Positions 36,464 through 48,779 of a stretch of DNA of 64,000 nt are shown here, piece by piece. The translations under genes and the position numbers were made by a program. Source of the DNA: Malacoraja senta (Eukaryota); NCBI GenBank assembly GCA_038087875.1, contig CM075988.1, forward strand, positions 1,302,001 to 1,366,000, read 5' to 3'. How positions within the stretch are numbered: the first letter of the stretch is position 1; each line of letters begins with the position of its first letter. A model generated the notes under the pieces. The model searched no databases. It was not told where the DNA came from and saw nothing but the letters and a program-made list of their open reading frames with translations.

Positions 36464-36499
36464 CTTTTTTAGTTGCTGGCAATGAGTCCGGCACTGTGC
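36464..36499 (-). CDS. APLP2: APLP2 36-nt cassette exon
   Basis: tttgctgccag / gttggt boundaries, phase 1/1. Encodes (G)TVPDSLPATKK, matching in size and position the mammalian 12-aa alternatively spliced insert ending in KK. Confidence 0.78.
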
Positions 36500-37299
36500 C
36501 TGGCAGCAAAATTAAAAGAAATCAAATAATGAAAAGAGCAAGAAATAAAAGTGGGATAAAATTGGTCTCTATATCTGTCATAGTATGCTGCTCCAAAACA
36601 TTAGATTAGGAAAAGATGTTAGTTCTATTATTAGAGTTGGTCAGCATTATACTTTTTTGACTAGTCTAAAGTCATATAGTGAGTTGTTGAGCCACAGTGA
36701 CAAATTGTGACTGGCTATAAATTCAAGATGGCCTTGTTCACAGCTGGCCTGTACTGAAGGAAAGCAATGGGATGGGGAAATGATTTGGGGTGCTTGCTAT
36801 TTGTTGTGGTTTCAAATAGTTTAAAAGCACAAATGTCACATTTCATCCTTATTCAAAGGTCTTTATGACTGGACAGTCAACACTCTATTTTTTTTTAAAT
36901 TCTGAGTTTGGGAACACTTACACTTGTTACAACAGCCGAAAGTTCAATTCACACCACCTGATTTGCTACTAAAAGCTTAATATGGGCCCGTGCCACAGTC
37001 CCAGTAACCTCTAATTATTAATGAGCAAACATCTGTAATTACATTTTACAAACATACAAATATATAATATTGAAGAAATAAATTTTGGGGGCAACAAGTG
37101 TGCATTCAGGCTCATGGTTTCTCGAGAATCAGTTGAAGTTGATTTGTGGTTCCAAATATTAAATCCCAAGAGGACTTTAATTGAAGACTAGGCATTTCAT
37201 GGGGAGAGCAGGACTCTTACATTTCTCCAGGTTTTATTGAATAACAAATTCAGTGATAAACCGTGCAGTGATGTTTTGACAGATATACAAACTGCTAAA

Positions 37300-37926
37300 A
37301 TATTTCATTTTGGACCTTATAGCCAAAAGGATTTTCATCTTATTAACAGACTATGTACAGGGCCCTGGTTAGACTGCACCTGGAGTATTGCGTGCAGTTT
37401 TGGTCTCCTAATTTGAGGAAGGTCATTATTGCTATTGAGGGAGTACAGTGTAGGTTCACCAGATTAATTCCCGGGATGGCGGGACTGACATGATGGAAGA
37501 ATGGGTCGACTGGGCTTGTATTCACTAGAATTTACATGGATGAGAGGGGATCTTATAGAAACATATAACATTTCTTAAAAGACTGGACAGGCTAGATGCC
37601 GGAAAAATGTTCCCGATGTTGGGGGATTCCAGAACCAGGGGTCACAGTTTAAGAATAAGGGGTAGGCCATTTAGGGCTAAGATGAGGAAAAAATTCTTCA
37701 CCCAGAGAGTTGTGAGTCTGTGGAATTCTCCGCCAAAGAAGTCAGTGGAAGCCAATTCACTGGATGTTTTCAAGAAAGAGTTAGATTTATCTCTTAGGGC
37801 TAAAGGAATCAAGGGATATGGGGAAAAATCTGTAATGGGGCACTGATTTTAGATAATCAGCCATGATAAGCCTGGCTCAGAGAGCAGAATGAACTACTCC
37901 TGCACCTATTTTTCTATGTTTCTATG
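37300..37926 (+). mobile_element. CR1 3' fragment
   Basis: [18 protein letters not shown]...FFTQRVVSLWNS and a (ctatgttt)n tail. Confidence 0.9.
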
Positions 37927-39308
37927 AAGTCAGAGTTTGAGGAGGTAACGGTCAGATGTCAAAATGTATCATAGAATACATCAGCTCCCTCGTATTCAAA
38001 ATGGGTTTATCTCCAGAGAGCAAGAAATCCTCAAGAAATGCAGAAGCCAATTTGGAAAGCTGACAAAGGAACAATAATAGGTAGGTGTAATGGATCATGC
38101 TCAACCTCAACTGCTTGTTTAGCTCCAGCTACTTTGTTAACATTGACACGTGAACTTAGTTAACCTTTATTGAATTAATATATGGCAACACATGGACACA
38201 CACACACACACTATAACAACTCTGTAACAACTGCAGTATGGAATAAATCTCCTGTATTTTACGTACATCCGCCATCATGACTAAAACAAATAAAAGAACG
38301 TGTGGTTGATGTTACCAGTGGGAGGAAAATGGGAAGGAAGACCCAAGATTAATAGATGCTTTAGGAAGACTGACAAGACTCCATATGAACTTTGTATTTT
38401 GAAAGGACTTGATTTGTTGTATTCCTTATCGTCATATAAGCAGTGCCTGAATCTGGGAAGGATTTGACCTGATCTACTTTATTTATTACACAAACTAAAT
38501 ATGGCAACTTAAAGGTTCGTGGCAATTTTTTTGGTATAAATATTTCAGACAACCATCCTGTTACAGGAGTGTGACGTGTTCTTAGGAAGCGGTTTATATT
38601 CTGATTTTCTGTACCCTACAACAATGTCATCTGCACGTATCAAGAAGTGCATTAAAGCCTTATTATAATGTTCTATAGTGTTCATTATTGCTGATTTCAA
38701 ATACAAAGTTCTTTTTAACAGCTAAAAAATTATTTTTGTTTCTGTTGTTATTAAAAAATGTATATTTAAGTAAAGGCTGCTTGTTATATTATTTAACACA
38801 GTTAAGTGTCGATCCAATTAATCGTTTGTCAATTTCAATGCCTTGTTAGTTTCAATAGCCTCCACAGTGCAACTAGTAGCCTGTGTTCTATAACCAAAAT
38901 CCATTATAAAGATGTCTGCAATAGCAAAGTTTACTGTATTTATATCCCCCCCCCCCCCCACCACACTCTATGGCAGTGAGATTTATTCTGCATCTCAAAT
39001 TTTTGCAGAGTAATTTGAGAATTCTGCAAAGGTGAATTTTCTACCCCGAAGGTCATAGCATAGGGGTTGTTGGTGCTTTGCATCAGATTTTGACAAAGCA
39101 GATTGTTTTCCCCAGTTACCCAACAATGTGGGAAACATCAACACCCGAGTGCTTATATCTTGAAAAATAACAATCCTGTAGATTAAAGAATATTGCCTCT
39201 TTGAAAGACTTCTCTAATTTCATTTATCTCACACAGTATGGTCTTTCAATCATCATTTCAATAAATACCCCAGCTACTCTGCAAACTGTGGTCCCAAACA
39301 TCACATAC

Positions 39309-39464
39309 CTTGTACATCAGTGATGGATGGCATAGTCTTAACTTGAAAAGGCCGAAAGGGTTTGCTGTCAACAAATGGTGTCTCAACTGATTCAAAAGCC
39401 GACTGGATTTCAGCGCTGGAAGCGAAATGATCCACACCAAAGTGTTGCTCCTGCAGAAGCTTAT
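39309..39464 (-). CDS. APLP2: APLP2 exon following the E2 domain
   Basis: cttcccag / gtatgt boundaries, 156 nt, phase 1/1. Encodes (D)KLLQEQHFGVDHFASSAEIQSAFESVETPFVDSKPFRPFQVKTMPSITDVQ. Confidence 0.9.
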
Positions 39465-39589
39465 CTGGGAAGAGCAAAGATCACATTTTGTTGGGATAAT
39501 TCCAGGAAACTCTCAATTTAAAGCCACAGAAGAAACAATTTCACCCATGTTGCAAACAGAGGAAGTAAGCAGATTGAATTTATTGAAGA

Positions 39590-40910
39590 GTTATGTAGTC
39601 ATAGTTGTATAGCACACGGAAGAGGTCCTTCAGCCCACCTTGTCCATACTGACCAGGTTGTCATTCTGGGCTAGTCCCATATCCATCTAAACCCTTCCTA
39701 TCAATCTATCCATCCAAATGTCCTTTTGATAGTCATAATTGTACCTGTTTCTATACCTTCCTCTGGCGGCTCATTCCATATGCAGACTACCTTCTGAGTG
39801 AAAATGTTGTCCCCGAAGTCACCTATAAAATCTCTCGCCTCTCTCCTTAAGCCTATTCCTTCTTGCTTTAGAATACTCTATCCTTGGAATACGACTAAGT
39901 GTTCAATTTATCTATGCTCCTCGTGATCTTGTACATCTCAATAAGGTCACCCTTCTGCCTCCCAGCCTATCCAACCTCTCCCTATAAGTCAAGCCCACAT
40001 CCTGGTGAATCTCTTCAGTACCCTATCCAACTTAATGGTATTCTTCCTATAACTGGATGGCAAGAACTGCACACACAGCACTCCAACTGTGGTTTCATCA
40101 GCGACTTCTACAGCTACATCATGGCCCCAACTTTTGCACTCTATACCCTTTCCATTGAAATCAAGCCTTCTTCACTACCCTGTCCATCAGAAGCACAATT
40201 TTCAAAGAACCATGGACCTGTACTCCTTGAGTTCTCTGCTCTACAACACTCTCCAGGGCTCCATTTACTGTGCCCTGGTTTGACATACCAATGTGTAACA
40301 CGTCACACTTGTAAAGACCAAATTCCATTTGCTATTTTTTGGTCCACCTTCCCAATTAGTCTAGATCCAATTATTAACTTAAATATCCTTCCTCACTATC
40401 TATGATCCCACCAATTTTGGTGTCCTCTGCAAATTTCTAACAATGTTCAATACATTGTCATCTAAATTGATCATGTAGATAACAAACAACAGTGGCTGCA
40501 CCCCTGGTCACAGGTCTCTGCTCAGAACAACCTTCCACAGCTACCATTCAACCCCTTCCTCCAAGCCAATTTGTGAATCCGATTGACTTGCTCACCTTGG
40601 ATTCCATGTGATCAAACCTTGCAGACTAGCCTACTATGCGGGACCTTGTCAAAGGCCTTGCTAAAGTCTATGTAGACAATGTTCACAGCCCTGCCCTCAT
40701 TGATTCTCTTGGTGACCTCTTCAAAAAAATTATCAGATTCATAAGACACAATTTCTTATACACAAAGTGGCTGCCTCTATATTCAGTCCCTGCCTATCAA
40801 AAGCTGGTAATCCTGTCTTTCAGAATCTCCTCCAACAACTTTCCCACCGCTGACTTCAGGTTCATCAGTCTGCAACTCTCCGATTTGTCTTTACACTCCA
40901 CATTGCTAAA
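39590..40910 (-). mobile_element. Old degraded CR1
   Basis: Degenerate DFSKAFDKVPH and KFAEDTK motifs plus a CR1 3' end. Confidence 0.75.
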
Positions 40911-41717
40911 TTGAGCACACGATTCCCTGTCAATACTATAACGTGAATCATAGATTTAATTCCTGGCATAAGATGCTCTTTCCATCCATATACTTTATTA
41001 TCTAAGCAGTCAGTAAAGATTTGCTGCACGCCTGCTGATTTCACATATGTCCCAAGTCCAATGACTGTGTGGTACCTGACTAAGTCTCTTTGTTCAGGGA
41101 AAGTAGTTGTAAAATCATCTAGGGGTTAAGAACACTACATAGGCAAAGTCCTCACATTGAAAAACAATAAATTGCTCTGTAGCATTTCACAATATTGTTG
41201 TGGGTTGAAGAAATTAGGTAGGATGCCACTCCAAACATTCCAGATATTATACAGAAGTTATGTTGGGAAAATAATAGACCATGGTAAATCTATGATGAAG
41301 GTTCTTCAATATATAACTGTTTCTCTTTCCAAAGAGGTTGCATGACCCAAATTTTTCTTGGATTTTGTGTTTTTATTTTAAATATATTTGGGAATTCAGT
41401 TACTTCAGTGAATGGCCAGGGATATTATCTGCAAAAAAACTAGCTAGTTTATGAAACCTGTAGCAATAGAAAGAATGTTTAGATCTGGAATATAACTGAT
41501 AGTGCCAATGTTCAAAAGAGGAATTGAGGTAAAATAAGAAACTGCAAATACTGAATTAGCCACACACTGCAGGACAAGTATTAGTACTACAAAGACCATC
41601 ATCCCCAATGTTAAGATTCAAATCACAGGCAGCTTCATAGGGAAGGCTACATCGCTCGTATGCCCATCATCAAACTCTGAAAACCAAGTAGGGTTTTGAC
41701 CCGAAACGTTGCCTATT

Positions 41718-44700
41718 AGAAACATAGAAACATAGAAAGTAGGTGCTGGAGTAGGCAATTCGGCCCTTCGAGCCTGCACCGCCATTAAATATGATCATGG
41801 CTGATCATCCAACTCAGTATCCTGTACCTACCTTCTCTCCATACCCCCTGATCCTTTTAGCCACAAGGGCCACATCTAACTCCCTCTTAAATATAGCCAA
41901 TGAACTGGCCTCAACTACCTTCTGTGGCAGAGAATTCCAGAGATTCACCACTCTGTGTGAAAAATGTTTTTCTCATCTCGGTCCTAAAAGACTTCCCCCT
42001 TATCCTTAAACTGTGACCCCTAGTTCTGGACTTCCCCAACATCGGGAACAATCTTCCTGCATCTAGCCTGTCCAACCCCTTAAGAATTTTGTAAGTTTCT
42101 ATAAGATCCCCCCTCAATCTTCTAAATTCTAGCGAGTACAATCCGAGTCTATCTGCTAGGATCAGGGGGACTTCATATGAAAGTCCTGACATCCCAGGAA
42201 TCAGTCTGGTGAACCTTCTCTGTACTCCCTCTATGGCAAGAATGTCTTTCCTCAGATTAGGAGACCAAAACTACGCAATACTCCAGGTGCGGTCTCACCA
42301 AGACCCTGTACAACTGCAGTAGAACCTCCCTGCTCCTATACTCAAATCCATTTGCTATGAATGCTAACATACCATTCGCTTTCTTCACTGCCTGCTGCAC
42401 CTGCATGCCTACTTTCAATGACTGGTGTACCATGACACCCAGGTCTCGTTGCATCTCCCCTTTTCCTAATCGGCCACCATTCAGATAATAGTCTACTTTC
42501 CTGTTTTTGCCACCAAAGTGGATAACCTCACATTTATCCACACTAGACTGCGTCTGCCATGCATTTTCCCACTCACCCAACCTATCCAAGTCACCTTGCA
42601 GCCTCCTAGCATCCTCCTCACAACTAATACTGCCCCCCAGCTTCGTATCATCCGCAAACTTGGAGATGTTACATTCAATTCCCTCGTCCAAATCATTAAT
42701 ATATATTGTAAATAGTTGGGGTCCCAGCACCGAGCCTTGCGGTACCCCACTAGTCACTTCTTGCCATTCTGAAAAGGACCCGTTTACTCCTACTCTTTGC
42801 TTCCTGTCTCTCTATCCAGTTCTCTATCCACATCAATACTGAACCCCCAATACCGTGTGCTTTAAGTTTTCATACTAATCTCTTATGTGGGACCTTGTCG
42901 AAAGCCTTCTGAAAGTCCAGATATAACACATCCACTGGTTCTCCCTTATCCACTCTACTAGTTACATCCTCGAAAATTTTTATAAGATTCGTCAGACATG
43001 ATTTACCTCTCATTAATCCATGCTGACTTTGTCCAATGATTTCACCACTTTCCAAATGTGCTGCTACCCGATCTTTAATAACTGACTCTAGCAGTTTCCC
43101 CACTACCGATGTTAGACTAACTGGTCTGTAATCCCTCCCTTTTTAAAAAGTGGGGTTACATTAGGTACCCTCCAATCTTCAGGAACTACTCTAGAATCTA
43201 AAGAGTTTTGAAAAATTATCACTAATGCATCCACTATTTCTGGGGCTACTTCCTTAAGTACTCTGGGAGGCAGCCTATCTGGCCCTGGGGATTTATCCAT
43301 TCAATTTACCTAACACCACTTCCCGGCTAACCTGGATTTCACTCAGTTCCTCCATATCATTTGACCCCCAGTCCCCTGCTATTTCCGGCAGATTATTTAT
43401 GTCTTCCTTAGTGAAGACAGAACCAAAGTAGTTATTCAATTGGTCTGCCATGTCTTTGTTCCCCATGATCAATTCACCTGTTTCTGACTGCAAGGGACCT
43501 ACATTTGTTTTAACTCATCTTTTTCTCTTCACATATCTATAAAACCTTTTGCAGTCAGTTTTTATGTTCCCTGCTAGTTTTCTTTCATAATCTATTTTCC
43601 ATTTCCTAATTAAGCCCTTTGTCCTCCACTGCTGGACTGAATTTCTCCCAGTCCTCTGGTAGGCTGCTTTTTCTGGCTAATTTGTATGCTTCATCTTTTG
43701 TTTTGATACTATCACTGATTTCCCTTGTTATACACAGATGCACTACCTTCTCTGATTTATTCTTTTGCCAAACTGGGATGAACAATTGTTGTAGTTCATC
43801 CATGCAGTCTTTAAATGCCTTCCATTGCCTATCCACCGTCAACCCTTTAAGAATCAATTGCCAGTCTATCTTGGCCAATTCACGTCTCATACCCTCAAAG
43901 TTACCTTTCTTTAAGTTCAGAACCCTTGTTTCTGAATTAATTATGTCAATCTCCATCCTAATGAAGAACTCAACCATATTATGGTCACTCTTGCCCAAGG
44001 GGCCACGCACAACAAGACTGCTAACTCAATACCCAGTCTAGAATAGCCTGCTCTCTTGTTGGTTCCTCTACATGTTGGTTTAGAAAACTATCCTGCATAC
44101 ATTCCAAGAAATCCTCTTCCTCAGCACCCCTGCCAATTTGATTCACCCAATCTATATGTAGATTGAAGTCACCCATTATAACTGTTTTACCTTTGTTGCA
44201 CGCATTTCTAATTTCCTGTTTGATGCCATCCCCAACTCCACTACTACTGTTAGGCGGCCTGTACACAATTCCCACTAGCGTTTTCTGCCCCTTAGTGTTT
44301 CGCAGCTCTACCCATATCGATTCCACATCCTCCAAGCTAATGTCCTTCCTTTCTATTGCGTTAATCTCCTCTCTAACCAGCAACGCTACCCCACCTCCTT
44401 TTCCTTTCTGTCTATCCCTCCCGAATATTGAATATCCCTGGATGTTCAGCTCCCAGCCTTGGTCACCCTGGAGCCATGTCTCCGTGATCCCAACTATATC
44501 ATATTCATTAATAACTATCTGCACATTCAACTCATCCACCTTATTACGAATGCTCTTTGCATTGAGACACAAAGCCTTCAGGCTTGTTTTTACAACACTC
44601 TTACCCCTTGTACAATTATGTTGAAAAGTGGCCCTTTTTGATGTTTGCCCTGGATTTGTTTGCCTGTCACTTTTACTTTTCACATTGCTACCTATTGCTT

Positions 44701-44876
44701 CTACCCTCATTTTACACCCCTCTGTCTCTCTGCTCACACATTTAAGAAACCCACCACCTCTTATTCTGTGTTTATTATCTTTTTCTTTTCTCCCCTACAT
44801 GTTGGGTCTGAGTGCTTCCCTTCTCTGCCTCCTGCCTCACACACTGTCTACTAGCTTTCTCTATTTGAGTCCCTCC
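41718..44876 (-). mobile_element. CR1 LINE, nearly complete ORF2, inserted in a Penelope terminal repeat
   Basis: EN (44021-44737) and RT ORF pieces with a (ctatgttt)n tail. The flanks cccgaaacgttgcctatt | tccttcgctccatagatgctgcc rejoin as the Penelope-derived repeat. Confidence 0.95.
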
Positions 44877-46507
44877 TTCGCTCCATAGATGCTGCCTCAC
44901 CCGCTGAGTTTCTGCAGCATTTTTGTCTACCATCCTGAAAACCATGTTGTGTTCTGAGCTTTAGTTTATTTTATTTTAGAGATACAGCATGGAAATAGGC
45001 CCGTCAGCCCACCTGGTCCCCGCCGGCCATTGATTACCTGTCATGCTAGTTCTATGTTATCCCACTTTCTCATCCACTCCCAACATGCTAGGTGAAATTT
45101 AAAGAGGGCAATTAATCTACAATCCAATATATCTTTGGGATTTTGAGGAAGCACAGCACCCGGAGTAATCCACGTAGGTCACAGGGAGAATGTGCAAACT
45201 GCATACAGACAACACCCAAGGTCAAGATCGAACCCAGGTCTCTGGCGCTATGAGGTAGCAGCTCTATTGGCGCTGTGCCACTGTTCCGCCCAATTCAGCT
45301 CTTTCATGACGAGATTACAGAGGAAACATTTCAAAGATGTTCGAAAGCCTTGTCGAAAAAATGTAACATTCCCAGTCAACGAGTTATACGGAACGGAAAC
45401 AGGCCCTTCGGCCCAACGCCCATACCAACCAAGATGTCTCATCTGCACGAAACCTACCTCCCCACGTTCGGCCCATATATCCCTCTAAAACCTTCCTTTC
45501 CACGTACCTGTCCAAATGTTTAAATGTTGTTATAGTAACTGGCAGCTCATTCCATATACCCACCATCTTGTCAATATAATTGACAAAAGAACAAGAGTGG
45601 AGATGTTTAACTAATTTTATACACATGCAATGCCTAAAGTGCACCAAAAGCAGATTCAATATGTAACCTTCACAAAGGAAATGTCTATATGCCACAAAAT
45701 TAGCAAAGTACAGGATATGGTAAGAACAACTGATGTGATCTTTTAGAGTACCAGCACATGGTACTTCCTCCCAAGTTAGATCATTCTAGGATTTGATTAC
45801 AGGCACAAGGCAGTCGGCTCACCTATTGTTGTAAAGCTGGAGAGATTTAGAGGTTCAGGCTCTCTGATCTATTTCCCTTTCAGTTCTTCAAATTCTATGA
45901 AATTCCATGTTAATGATTTTAACAGAACCTGTACTCAAAGCAGTCGCAGGATTTCAGACACAAATCACACAAAACTTTAGAGCCTAAACATCTTGTCATT
46001 TAAACAAGTATTTGGGTCTGGCATTTGCTTGTCAGAAAATTCCTGTAACAATTGTCTCTAAGAATGTAGAACTTTACTGGACAGTGAGCACTCAGGTTTG
46101 CATCTGACAGGTGTGGAAATTGAAGGGTGAATCAATTGGCATCTTTTCCCACGCTCACATTTTCTATGCCGCACAATCTAATGTGCGGCATAATTGAACA
46201 AAATGCTGGTGTTTTTTTAATGTCATGTTTCAGCTAAACTTCCAAATGTTCCTGTTTAATTAAGGAACTTTAACTCCCTTACTTCAAATTCACTGGCTGA
46301 TTCAGAAGCTGAACATCTCCTTCTTCAAACAGCACACAATACACACTGGCCACAGTCGCATGGGATATGTTGCCAATCTGAAAGCTGTGATTGTGGTTTA
46401 AATAATTGAATGCAGTAGTTCCAAACCACATACAATTCACCATGATGCAGACATATTCATTCTCAAGTAATCAAACCTAAGAGATTGCTATATGGACCTA
46501 TACAAAC

Positions 46508-46607
46508 CTATTTTATCTTGGATTTCCTCAGCAACATATGGCATCTTGTAAAGAAGAGAAAGGCTCTGGTTCATCCTCTCTTCAATAACGTGGAGATGAG
46601 TCACCAC
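46508..46607 (-). CDS. APLP2: APLP2 last E2-domain exon
   Basis: gtgtttag / gtttgt boundaries, 100 nt, phase 0/1. Encodes [33 protein letters not shown]. Confidence 0.96.
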
Positions 46608-46968
46608 CTAAACACAAGAGATAAACAAGTTAAAATATGTTCCTCATGAGATCTTCCCTCCACATCTCCAGCTTTATAGAGCATCCATTAACCATTCCTC
46701 AGCCCACTTGCTCAACTGATCAAGATCCTGGTGTAATTTTTGATAACCATTTTCACTATCCACGATACCACCTACTTTAGTGTCATCTGCAAATTTACTA
46801 ATCATAGCTTGTACATTCTCATCCAATTCATAGATATAAACTAAACAGTAATGGGCCCAGAACCAATCCCTGAGGCACACCACTAGCAGAGGGCTTCAGT
46901 CCAAAAAACAACCTTCCACCATCACCTGCTGCTTCTTCCATGAAGCCAATTTTCTATCATGTCATCTA

Positions 46969-47168
46969 NNNNNNNNNNNNNNNNNNNNNNNNNNNNNNNN
47001 NNNNNNNNNNNNNNNNNNNNNNNNNNNNNNNNNNNNNNNNNNNNNNNNNNNNNNNNNNNNNNNNNNNNNNNNNNNNNNNNNNNNNNNNNNNNNNNNNNNN
47101 NNNNNNNNNNNNNNNNNNNNNNNNNNNNNNNNNNNNNNNNNNNNNNNNNNNNNNNNNNNNNNNNNNNN
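46969..47168. other. Assembly gap (200 N)
   Basis: Run of N. Confidence 1.
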
Positions 47169-47329
47169 TGTGACCCAGCAGCGCGTCCACCTCGGACAGC
47201 ATGCGCTTCTGGATCATCGTGGTGATGATGGTGGGGAGCAGCACTGCCCTGCACGCCACCCCGGCCGCCTTCAGCACCCCTATAGCGCCGGCTCCGTCAG
47301 ACTGCCCGATTGCTTGCAGCAACACCGGC

Positions 47330-47600
47330 CTACCGGCAGCCCGACCGACCACTCTCAGCACCCACCGGCTGTCCCAGCACTCGCAGCACCCACCGGCAGC
47401 CCGGCCCGACCGACACTACTCTCAGCACCCACCGGCGGCCCGTCCCGTCAGCCCAACCGATCCTCCACAGCAACCATCGGCCTACTGACAGCCCGACCGA
47501 CAGACTGATCGACTGACTGACCACCGACTGACTGACTGACTGACCGACCAATTGACTGAATAGCCGACTGACCGACCGACTGACTGACTGACCGACCCTA
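47330..47600. repeat. Minisatellite (ctcagcacccaccggc) and (gact/gacc)n microsatellite
   Basis: Three cagcacccaccggc units followed by gactgactgaccgacc repeats. Confidence 0.85.
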
Positions 47601-48779
47601 TCCTAATCCTAACCGTGGCTCTACATTTGTTATTTATCAATAAAGATAAATCAATTGAAAAACAAAATTATCAGCAAGGTTAGCATTACCTTTATTCCTT
47701 GGAAACCTTGCTATTGTTTTGATGTAATTAGGAGGCAGCCATGATCCCAGGGTCCTCGCTGCCTAGCGACCATAAAACAAAGCGCGGGATTGATCATTTG
47801 CGTCCGACCTCAATGTCAAATGTGCATTGATTGGACAATTACTACTCGGAAAATTTGAGTTTTTCTCATATTGAAAAAAATGTGCAGGTTTTGGTCTTGA
47901 CGAGTTTCAGGTATGATTTATATATTTTTATACAATATGTTAAAAATTCAGGTAGTTCCGTGAGTTGGGTCACGAACTTGAACGAAAAAGCTCCTCGGCC
48001 CACAGCCTATGTGAGGCAGCAGTTCTATGAGCTGCATCACTGTGTTGTCCAACCATAGCTGTTGGATCAATCAGGGTACAATTTCAAAGCCCAGAGCTTT
48101 GGAGCAGGAAAGAGTGGCAGGTTAAATATATCACGATTACTTATTTACCAGTTTTGGATTTAACTTTCTCTGCACTGAACTTAAAAGGAGACAATACCCA
48201 AAGTAATCCAGGCATTTCCACATGTCAGACATGTCTATTACAAACCCACCAACTCCCAGTTATCTGGACTATACCTCCTCCCACCCTCTCCTGCAAACAC
48301 GTCATTCCCTACTCTCAATTCCTCCATCTCTGCCTCACCTGCTGCTAAGATGAGGCTCTGCTTTCTAACACATCCAAGGGACCCCTCACACATGTCTGTG
48401 CCCTTCAGTTCAGCTCTCTTGCTCCCCCTCAAGCCCATACAGAACAAAGATAGTTATCCTGGTCCTTACCTTTCACCCCGACCAGCCTCCTCATCCAACA
48501 CATCAGTCTCCGACATTTCTGTCGCCTTCCATGTGATCCCAACACCAGTCACATCTTCCCATCCCCACCGCTTTCCACTTTCTGTAGAGATCATCCCGTC
48601 CCTGATTCCTTGTTTCACTCAATCCTTACCACCCAAACCACCTCTCCTCGGGTACTTTTCCCAGCCAGCACAGAAGATGTAACAGTGCTGAGACGTTGGC
48701 TCGTGAAGCTTCAGCCAAGTGGCTGGGTGGAGGGGCATTGCAGGATAAGGTCAGTTTTCTTTTTGTGACTCTTCCTTGG

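Noticed and set aside
45822..45928. Candidate APLP2 exon with AG and GTGAG boundaries
   Set aside because: Stops in all three frames and no APLP2 similarity.
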